64,000 nt of DNA from Perna viridis. Taxonomy: Eukaryota. Position numbers and translations under genes: made by a program. Every line of letters begins with the position of its first letter. Position 1 is the stretch's first letter. The stretch lies in the NCBI GenBank assembly GCA_037379345.1, contig CM074517.1:13330001-13394000 (forward strand), read 5' to 3'. The notes under the pieces are model-generated. The model saw only the letters and a list, made by a program, of their open reading frames with translations, was not told the DNA's origin and searched no databases. Shown here piece by piece: positions 30,101 through 42,100 of this stretch.

Positions 30101-33100
30101 ACTTTCGTTCTGCTCCGATGATTTTTACCGAAATTACTGGCCTTGAACTTAACAAAATTCACAGAAATAATAGTTTTCTGGACTTTTTTTCTAAACGTTG
30201 GCAGATATTTACATGATTTTTAGCATAGAAATTAACCATGATAAGTTACCGTACAAGTTTGTAGTTGGTTCCACTCCGATGATTTTTACTGAAATTATGG
30301 GCCTTGAACTTAGCTAAATTCACAGAAATAACCGTTTTTCGCCGTTTTTTTCTAAACACTTGCAAATTATGACATGATTTTGATATATAAGTTCATCATG
30401 ATAAGTTGCAGGTCAAGTGTACGTTTTGTTCTGTTATGATGATATTTACTTTGGATTAACTAGACCTCAAAGAAATCACAGTCTGGAGTTAGAAACTACC
30501 ATTCTTAGTAATAGAAGATAAAGGTCTAAAGCCGAAAAAAACATTCTTATTCCCCTTTTCTTCGGGGTCCTTCTACATATATTTCTTTTACAAGCAAATT
30601 TACTTGAGTATCCAACATGGCGACGTGTGGGGTATGTGAGTGTGCTCACTAAGGTTCTTTATTTTCGAATGTTTATACTGTAGTTGAGGATGTAGACAAG
30701 GAAGAGGTTTATAAGATGGCTAGTGTACTTGGTGAAGGAGATGGCCTCAAAGTCATGCTGGAAAGGTAGGTTATGTTCTAATGTACTAAGTGAAAGAGAT
30801 AGACTCAAAGTCATGCTGGAAAGGTAAGTTATGTTACATTCTCACTGAAGAAGAAGGCCTCAAAGTCATGCTGGAAAGTTAGGTTATGTTCTTTCTCACT
30901 GAAGAAGAAGGCCTCAAAGTCATTTTGGAAAGATAGGTTATGTTCTGATGTACTCGGTGAAGGAGATAGCCTCAAAGTCATGCTGGAAAGGTAAGAAATA
31001 TTTTTTCATTTAGTTTTAATCAAAGGTGCACTATAAGTACATGTGCATGAGATGTTTATGTCATACTGCATGGAAACTATAAATAAAACAATTTGCATTC
31101 TTTCTGATGAATTATGGTAAAGTATACATAGTACATATATTTATATTTTGCTCTTTTGAAAAGAGATTAGTGTTTTATAGCTTAAAAATCAGTTTCTTGG
31201 ATACTGAGGTAGTCTTTTTTTCATTATTGTTTGACTGCTGAATAAGCAAAAATTACTACGCCACAAAAGTACTATAGACTAGGAAATCATTAGAAATATG
31301 ACTCTATATGCAATTAGAACTATCAATTACTTCAATTGAAATTTAGTATATAAATTGTATATATTTGATCCCTTCCCTCTTTTTTTTTTCAGATTGGCTT
31401 CAGTGAAAGACCTGGTGTTAGGAAAGCAGTTAATGTCTGTATTGTTGAAGCTGTTTAGTTATGCTGTGAATGTGAAAGCCAACAGACTGGAGTTACTCAA
31501 ACCTGAAATGAATACTCTGACTGTCATGTTAGGGGCTCTTAACTTGGTAAGAAGTAGACATTTTTTTTATTTAGTGTCTGAATTTATTTTGGACATGTTT
31601 TACCAGAATTGAAAAGGTATACTCAACACTTAGTACAGTAGTCCCTCTCTTATGTGGTCACCCATACTGCAATCTAAAACAGGCCACATTAAAGAGATGG
31701 CCTCTCATAAGAGGTTTGGTCAATTTCTGCATTTTATTGTATAAGTTTTTTTGCTTCTGTTACTTGTACACTTGTATAGTGTATATTGTTGTGTACTAGT
31801 ACATAAATGATATACAGTTTTATTTCATATTTGTTATGTTTTTTTTCAAGAAAAATGGCAATTAATTATTGAATTTTTTTTGTTAAATTAACAAAAAGAT
31901 ATTCCATAGTTAATTGCCATTTTTCTTGGAAAAATACACAACAAATATGAAATAAAACTGTATATCATTTATGTACTAGTACACAACAAGAAAATTCTAT
32001 TATTTTTTCAGCAAGTCTTCAGCCCAACTTTATTTTCTATTTCAACTTACTGGTATATATGCAAGACATTTGTTTTGTAGGCCCTTGAAATTTCCCCACC
32101 TGAGCTTACGTTGTATAATGGGTTGATTACATTCATTCTTAATTTGGTGGTAATCTTTATAAAATGTACTGGCAATCAATTGAAGAAGATAATTGATCAC
32201 TGCTGCTATCATATTGACAGTGTTATATTAAATCATCTGTCAGGGCTTTAAGCAAATCGGAATACACAACTTAAAATCGTTGAAATATGTAAACAAACTA
32301 TTAAAGACATGACATGTAAAACAGTATAAGATCAAGCATTTCAGAGTTATCGGTTCATAATATGCAAATTTATGCCCACTTTCGGTAAGTCATAACACAT
32401 TCACACATGGCGCTAACTAAAATCAATTAAAAGTGTGACCTAAATGGTTAATCGCAACCAGATTAAAAGGTAACACATCTTGTTTGTAATTTGAATACCT
32501 TGTCATGTTTTTTATTATCAATTAACATTCGTAATTATGACTGATTCAGTAGTCTAATTTCACACCTGGGTGACCACACTTGACAGGTTTACAATTTCGT
32601 ACTACTGACGTAACGGCTTCCGAGCAATTGAATACCACTAACCAAACCCCACGTTTACGTTACTATTTATTGAAAATATTCTGTGGCCGCTGGTCGCTTC
32701 ATAGGGGTGGCCATTTATAAGGGGTCCATTTGCACTATAGGTCATAAATGCAATTGAAATGTGGTCGCAAAAGACTGGTGGCAATTGACCAGGGGAGCCG
32801 TTTCAGAGATGGACTACTGTATATATTTGGTGATGTCAATGTTTGTACTTGTGTATGTAACTATTGGTTTAAACTGAGAATTATGGATCCATTGTTGACT
32901 TACGACAAAAGTTAACATCCATTTTCTTCTAAAAGATCAAGGGATCATCTAAACATGGGTGGAGCACCCTTCTATTGACAGCTAGCAGGGACGTTAATGT
33001 ATGTTGAAATTTATAAAACCAAAGCAGTTATTTTGGGAAATTATCAAGCCGTGACTTTTTTACATCATTGATTTATATCATCTTATGAACTTCTTGTACT

Positions 33101-36100
33101 TAAAGGCCATAATATTAGATTAATACTTTATATACAGAATGTCATGTAATGATATAATGTTAATACCTTTTTTTGCCTGTAGGCCTTGTGGGCAGAGCAA
33201 GAGAGTGGTACCAGTGCTACTAAAGGGCAGACAATAACAGAACAAGTTCTACAGATCATGGAAGTTATCTTACTGGAGGCTAGTAATCAACCCTCTGAAA
33301 AGTTTAGAGTAAGTAATACTTAGGTTAAACACATTCTTTAACTTTTGACCAAATTTTAATACCAATATGATGACTTTTCATTCCGTATTGTCAACTTTCC
33401 TTTCATCTGTTGCTAGACTTCTTACAATTAAGCTTCAAAATTCATAGGATTGCATTTAAATCGACTGTAGCTTATTGTTTTAACATATATAAATTTTGTA
33501 TTATTAGGAGTTTTCTAAGATGTGTGGTGATAAGAGTCAGCTGATGTTACTATTGGACAGAATTAATAGTCCTTTTGTGAGATCTAACAGTAGTGTACTA
33601 CAGGCTTTGATGAGATTAATCCCATTCATGGCATTCGGAGATGAAGAAAAGATGCTAGCATTAGTCAACCATTTCAAACCTTATCTAGACTTTCCCAAGT
33701 ATGTTGCATGATTGTAATAAAGGCAATACTCATATTCCTAAAAGAAAATAGAAGTATGATTTATAGTAAAGTGAAACAACTGTAAATGAATATAGGCTAA
33801 TTAGTAATTTAAATAGCTCTCTTAGTAGAAACGTGCCCTGAACTTTCATGGACTGGTACAGCTTCCATAAAACACTGGTGAATAGGTTATACATAGTAAA
33901 ATCTAGATGTTAAGGTCATCGTCATTAACTGCTGTTCAAACTTGAAAGATTACATGTATGTTGTGTAGTGATTAAGTAGCACACATTTGTATAAAGTCGG
34001 CAGATTAAACTTGAAAGATTACACGTATGTTGTGTAGTGATTAAGTAGCACACATTTGTATAAAGTTGGCAGATTTCTACTTAGATTTGTATTGCAATCA
34101 GAAGCTGTGTTTTCAATTAACTGTAGCTTTTTTCCTTTATGTATTATTAACATGACATAAGCAACTCATTCTTTTTTCATTGGTCCAGTTAAGATTGAAG
34201 ATTACATTTATTTGTCATTTTAGGCACTTATTACCTCAGACCTATCACATGACACTTTTGTTTTATCTTCGTGTTTATAGGTTTGACCTTGAGCACTCAC
34301 AAGATGAGACTGTACATGTAGATTGTTTCTGTGTGATTGCTGCAGGGATAGAGGTATGTACACAGCTTAAGTCCACTTTTTGCAGGCCCTTATCTTTTGA
34401 TGGACGTATTATGATTTTACAGCTGTCCATCTGCACATTATACTATGAATAGAAAAAATTCTGTGTAGGTTTTTACATATTGTTTTGGTACAATGTTTTT
34501 GCATTTATAGGAGAGGGATAGGCTTGTTACTGTTGTATCAATCTTTTTTTTCCTTTTAACTATGTTAACATATTTATTACTAGATGACAACAATGAGACC
34601 TGCTGTAAATGCCCCCATTTAAAACTTGAATTTCTTAAAAATTCCTATCACATTAGAAAATTACCCATTTTGAATCACTCAGCCAGTCAGGGCCCTTTCA
34701 TAACTTAACTTTAAAACTGTGAAATGGCAGTAAAGCTTTAGAATTTGGAGTGTTAATAAGTTGTATAATTGCTTTTTGTTTTAGAACAATGAGAATGGTA
34801 ACAGATTGAAAGATCTGATCTTAGACAATGGTATAGTTAAGATGTGTATAGACTATATCCTTCAGAACTCTCCTGTCATCAAAACACTATTACCGTAAGT
34901 TGTAATCTAATGCTAACAAAGTCAGTTAAGTAAATGCAGATCTCCAAGTTTAGATAATAGCTATTTTTTTTCCATTTCTTGAAATATTATATGGCTTTAA
35001 TACTTGTAATTGCAATAAGAAACTTATTTAATTGTGATCTTTTGAAATGTCAGGAAGATTATTGCATGGGAAAAAAAGCTTTCCAAAAGTGTTTATTGCC
35101 ACTAGAATAATACAGTATTAAAGGTTTTAAAGTAGTATTTGCAATTAATTATTTATGAAAGTTATGGTTTTGTATTTCAGAACTGATGTTCATAACTGGA
35201 AAGACTTTCTGGAGAAACCCTCTCTGAGCTACATACTGAGGCTTCTAACTGGACTATGTGCTGGACATACTCCTACACAGGTCAGTTGGTTGATGTGTCA
35301 TATTTATTTGTGTGAACTTTGTCACAGTTTCTGTTGAGAACACCAGCTGTAAGGATTTGAGTTGTGGTAATTTGCCCTTTTGATACCATATAGGGTTTTG
35401 TTTAAAATTTTGATGTAAGTAATTTCATTGTGTAAACATGTTATTAACATTCTCATTGTATTCTGACAGAGTTATCTGTGGTGATTTAGAACTTAATATG
35501 CCCCATGCAACGAAGTTGCGAATGGTATAATGTTTTTGACCCGTCTGTCAGTCCATCTGTCAGTCCATCTTCAGTTTTCTTGACTTTCTTTCTAAACGCT
35601 TGCAGAATTTGACATGATTTGTGGTATTTAAGTTTACCATGAAAAGTTACAGGTCAAGTTTAACTTTCGTTCTGCTCTGATGATTTTTACCGAAATTACG
35701 GGCCTTGAACTTAGCAAAATTTACAGAAATAATAGTTTTCCAGACTTTTTTTCTAAACGCTTGTAGATATTGACATAATTTTTGGTATATAAGTTCACCA
35801 TGATAAGTTACAGGGTCAAGTATAACTTTCGTTTTGCTCTGATGATTTTTACTAAATTGTTAATGTTTGCATAGAGAAAAAGGGCTGGAAATTTTTTTCT
35901 ATCATTTTTCCATAGTGCATTTCAACTAAATTTGACCTATTTTAAAAAGCCAAACTTAACAAACACCTTGATCGTTGTTTTCGAGGTCATAAGATGTAAT
36001 TTTGGATTAACTAAAACTCAAAGAAATCACAGTCTGGTGTTTGAAACTACCATTCTGAGTAATAGAAGATAAAGGTCTAAAGCCTAAAAAACATTCTTAT

Positions 36101-39100
36101 TCCTCTTTTTATCGTGGTCCTTCTATATGTATTTCTTTTACAAACAAATTTACTTGAGTATCCAGCATGGGGATGCGTGGGGTATGTGAGCACGCTCATT
36201 AAAGTTCTGTAATTTTGACAGTAAATATTATTAAATTTCTTGTGGATTCATAAATAAAATTGTTTAAAAAGTCATAGTTATTATTCATTTTTCACAAACT
36301 TTCAATAAAATGTTAATGGACAAAACAGTTACAGCTGGTGTTGGGAACACATTAACATACTGTAAAGGTACTTTTTTGTGGGTTTCAATTTTTATTCCAA
36401 AATTTATAGTTCATGTATTCATTTTTTAATTTTATCAGAGCATCTGATTTCTTCAAAGGATTCTCTAAGATTATTAAACATTCACAATATTTACGGTAAT
36501 TTCAAAGCATAAGATGAGGTATTATAATAACCTTTGAGTAATGGCAGTATGTGAGATATTGAAATACACTATTGACAAAGTAGTAATAATGAACATATTG
36601 GAGGTACCTGATCTTGATTTAGAACAAAAGATTTTTCAAAACTTCAATAAACTACCTTCACACAAGCAGTTACATAGTTAAGTGTAATACAGTTACAAAA
36701 AGATATGACTAGACTTGAAATTAGATAGGCTAGTGAGTAATTTATATAGCTCTCTAGGGAAAAATCTGCTCTTCATTATTCCTTATTTAACTACCACAGA
36801 ACACCTGTGTGATCTTTTGGTCACTGTCTTTTAAGTTTGAATCGCTGTCAATTTTGATGGTAGACAGCAAATTTGAAGGTTAAGGTCATCATAATTGACA
36901 GCAATTCAAAATTAAAAGACAGGGTCCAAAAGATCTCACAGGTGTTCTGTGGTAGTTAAATATGGCACATTGGTATAATGTAGGGCAGATTTTTCCCTAG
37001 AGAGCTATTTAAATTACTCGGCTAGCCTGCCTAAATTTGTATTGAAATTGGAACTGGTCAATTCCAACTAGCTGTAAAACAGTTATTTAGATTAGAATTT
37101 TGAGAATTTTTATGATCGTCAGAATTTCAATGGGCCATTCTTTAACATTCTTTGAAAAGAACATGTGATCTAAAAGGACATTTTTAGATAGAATGTTCTT
37201 AATGGCACATGACCCTCCCCTATTCTTATTACTGTTAAAAGATTAAGACATTGGGGCAGTGCTATGTTTAAATGATTTTGGAGACTTCTTTATTGACTGC
37301 CCAGACTACACACGTCTTATGTAATTAGAGGTCTTTACTCTCTGTTTTAAAGACTTCTTATTTTATTTTATTTTGTTTTATTTTGGTCTTTTTTTACAGT
37401 TGCTTGTAGGATCAGAATTAATAACAGTATTACACAAACTAGAACAAGCCTCCTCTGATCAACATATAGGTACCCAGGCTGAAAATTTACTGGAAGCATT
37501 GTCTGGAAATGACAAAGTTGCAGAAAAGGTGAGTTCATTAAAAATGTCTATTGTGGGCTTTACTTGTTTCAATTACAATGAAATCAAAATAATTTTTTTC
37601 TGTTAATTTTTCAAAAGAAAGTAAAATATTCATAATTTTATATATATTAACCATGTTGATAAATTATTGAATATTTTTTAGATTGAAGAGTTCAGACAGC
37701 AAACGAAAGCTGAAAAGAAAAAGAGAGCTATGGCTAAAAGAGAAAAACAACTTGGAGCCTTAGGAATGAAGGTACTATGAGTTTTAAATCTATTTAATCA
37801 GAATTCATCAGCCATACATCCAAGTCCTTTTGCATGATGAACTCCTGTAGTACATCTATCAAAATCTAGAATCCAATTTGTTTTAGATTAGTATTTTTAT
37901 ATTTTTTAGTTTGTTTAGCTTTCATTGAATAATCATTGTTTTTGTTTGCTTTTGTAAAATGTAGACATTGCAACCTTTTTGGGGAAATATTATAGTTGGA
38001 TTGATACAGTTATCATCATTTTATAGTAAAATATCAACATCAAGAGAATTTAGCTAGCTAGGCAACTTAAAGATTATGATAAATTGGTTATAAAAATGAA
38101 TTAAATGTTTTGTGACATCAGTATCTGTATGATTTCAGACAAATGAGAAGGGCCAAGTGACTGTGAAGAGTTCAGTGCTGAAACAGATGGATGACATTAA
38201 AGAAGAGACTGGGTTGACTTGCTGTATTTGTAGAGAGGGATATAGATGCCAACCGCAAAAGGTAAAAATTAGATATAAACAATATCATCTAATGGGCTCT
38301 TCTGTTTTGTCTTTCATTTGCCCCACTAAAGTCACCTTTATTTTTTGGGTTATTATAAAGTCACCTGGTCGAAGGCCATATATTAGCTATTGCTGTCACT
38401 TGGTGTCTGTCGTCTCCATTGTCGTTAACAATTTTTCTAAATTCTACCCCTTAGACACTACTTGACCAATTGGAACTAAACTTGGAATGAATGTTTCTTG
38501 GGGTATCCTGCAAAGAAATGATGTGGGAATTTATGATCTGTTAAAAAACATGGATGCCAGCACTAAAAACAAACATAGGGGTCAGACAGTAGTTTTTCAT
38601 ATATATCTCCAAAAACTTTATGTTTAGCCAAATTCTGATATGGAATTAAAGTGATCAGCATCATGAGATCTATCTGCATTAACATTTTCATTTTAATCTG
38701 TTAAGCCATGTTGGAGTTATTGCTCTTTTTCAACATTCTTTTGCTTGAATTATTGTTATTTCTTTCAAAATTCTTCATTTTTGACACTACCAGACCAGTT
38801 GGAACCAAATTTAGTGTGAATGTTCCTTAGGAAATTTTTCATAGAACTTCCCTGAAAAAACATGGGCTCTGTTACTAAAAATAGAACAAAGGGGTCAGTA
38901 AGAAGTTTTTCTCATATATCTCCAAAACCATTAGGTGTAGCCAAAATCTTTAGTATAAGGCCTACAAAAGTCTCTAGGGATCAAAGTTGTCTGGGGACTC
39001 CTTGTAAGAGTTATTGCCCTTGAAGTGAAAAATGACGGGTTTTTTTTACAGTCTTTAGCTAATATCTTGGAAACTGTATTGGCTGAAATGATCCTTATTA

Positions 39101-42100
39101 TAAGTCCTGGCAAAGTCTTCTTGAGTCAAAACGTTGTGACTTGTTAAATTTATTGCCCTTTAAAGGCAAAAAATTATTACCAGGTGAGCGATTCAGGCTC
39201 ATGGGAGCCTCTTTTTTACATTAGATTTACCTTTTGAAATTATTTCCTGTATTATATGTGATTTTATAAAATGCTGAAAAAATTTTAACTTGCCTGTCTA
39301 AACATACTATAGAATAAATCCATAATACACATGTAATATTTTGATTTATTTTGTCTCAGATATTACACATATATGTATGTGTATGTATGTCTAATGCAGG
39401 TATTGGCTATCTATACTTTTACAAAGAGAGTTAACCTTGATGATTACGAGAACAAGCCACGTAAAGCAGTAGGATATTCCACTGTATCCCACTTCAATGT
39501 TATCCATGTTGACTGTCACACTGCAGCAGTCAGGTAATACCGATAAATAAAATTTGTATTGCTAAGGCCAAAAAAATAATTCTTTTATTTCCTGCTACCA
39601 GCAAGAAAAAAATAGGATAGATAGGTAAGGAAATTTTTTTATTTTTCAAGAAACATTGTACATTGAGTTAATCAAACAAGCTAGATTTGCTTGAGCCAAA
39701 CTGGCCATAAAATGGTTGGGGTAGACACAAAAATAAGGTAGGTAGGGTAGCAGGAAACAGACATTAATTTTGGTCTATTTGAAATGCCATTACACTTATG
39801 CTGAGTGCAATTTAAGTACTGGGTATGGAAAAGGATGTAGTAAATTTTAAACTAAATGGACCCTATGAAATTAGACAAATATTAAAATAGAAGAAAATGA
39901 ATAACTATATTTAAAGAAAGTTAGCTTAATTATGTTATTACAAATCCTAAATCGATTTCAGTCTTTTGTCTAGCAACTTTACTTTATCATTGGGTATGTT
40001 TTCTATAGGAAGGAGATAACATTCTGAAAGTAGACTGTCTTCCTCATTTCATTGGCAGGAATCACATGGTATCCATCTAGTACTAGAACTAAATTATATT
40101 TGTGATTTAAATTAAAACACACCTGAATAAAATACAGAAAAAACATTCAGTTGATCATTGGTAAATATTAATAAATAAATAAAAAAAAAAAGACAAAAAA
40201 ATAATTATAAACTTATTGTTTTGGGCATGCTTGTGGTAGAATCAAAGAAGGAATGGAATAATTGTAAACTTGTTGTTACAGGCATGCTCGTGGTAGAGAG
40301 GAGTGGGAGTCAGCAGCACTACAGAATGCTAACACAAAGTGTAATGGACTGTTACCCCTCTGGGGACCTCAAGTTCAAGAGTCAGCATTTGCCACTTGTC
40401 TAGCCAGGTGAGTAAATAGACTACTGCCCCTTTTGATGGCCTGGGGAATCGGAGTCACATTCAGCAGTGCATGATCAAGCAAAAAAGTCACTTATAATTA
40501 AGCTAAGGTTATTACAAAAGGCTACATTCATTCTACAGAGCTAGAAAATCTGATTATGTTAGAATTTTTAATAATTTTTTCTGATAAAAAAAAATATTGT
40601 AAATTGAACTGCATAATGCTTTGACATTGTTAATTGTTACTGTTTCTGTATTGGTAAATATTATTTTTGCAGACACAACACCTATATACAGGACTGCACT
40701 GGTATTCGTGATCCTAGCTACCCTTACAACATACATGATGTCAAACACCTGATTCTCAAATTCTCCCAGGAAAAATCTTTCAGTGAAGATAGTGGCGGAG
40801 GAGGAAGACAGAGTAACATGCATGTCCTTCCTGCCATGATACATATGGCACTCTATGTCATCAACACGTAAGTTATGAGTTGTCTCCCCTGTAATTTAAA
40901 GAAATGTTTTAATTTTCAAAACATTGTTACCAGATTGTTGAGGTTGTTGAAATGTAGGATATAATACTTCATAATTTAATCCCTTAGAAATGAAAGTCAT
41001 AAGCTGAGGTTGGCTTAGAACAGTCTGTTAATTTAACTTCCAGATTTTTTAAGGATTTAAGAACTATCATTATCATTATCAAGGTGCATCTTCTGAAGAT
41101 TGTCTTACACAAAGGTATTATACTTCAAATATTCTTTTTCAGAACAAGATCAGTGAGTAGAGAAGAGAAGAATTTCAGTAATTTTATAGCCTTGCCTAAA
41201 GAGAAATGGATCGAAAATTGTTATGAGGTAGGTTAAAAGTTGCTAAACTGAAATAATTAATAATTTCTTGAATTATATCTCTTAATCCAAGAACATCACA
41301 TTGCATCAGGAAAGAGGAATAAAATCTTATGAAAAAAGACTAGAATGCAGAGGTGTTAACCTTTATAGATTCTGCTCAATTTTTATGTAATTTGACTAAA
41401 TTGCCCTCTACAAATTATGAATCTCTCCATATTATCAGCGTTTGATTCACACTAATTTTAGGATTCTTCTGATCATCTTAATGAAGTATAGCGAAAATAG
41501 ATTGTCATCATAGTAAGATGAATTGGTCTGGAAATGTGAATATTTATTTGGATACATTCCAAAGAATGTAGAATTAGAAAACTTATAAAATTTTACAAAT
41601 GACTGTATAAACTTGAATCTCTGAAGTATTGTTTGTATTAAACAGACTGAAGGAGCATTATACTGGACTGTGATGGCACTACACATACATCCATATAGTA
41701 AGTGGAAGGAATTAAGGAAAGATCTAATACAAAGACTATTGGTCCTGGCCCAGACCAGACATCTGTCAGCAGCTGGTACTACTAGGTAAGAAAATATGTT
41801 GGTCCTGTAGAACTTTTCTAAAAGCCATATTTTTTTTCTCATTTTTTTTACCAAGAACTTTGTGGATAATATCAATATTCAATGAACATTTTACATTTGT
41901 CAACAACTTTGTGGATAATATCAATATTCAATGAACATTTTACATTTGTCAACACTTGGAAAGATTTTTTCAGGTAAAATTTGTACACCATTTACTGAAT
42001 TAGTGACACTTGGAAATCACCTCTCAGGAAATGTGCTTGTAGTGATTTAGTGCCTCAGCTGGAATCAGGCAACTAATGACACTTGGTGGCAAGACATTAC

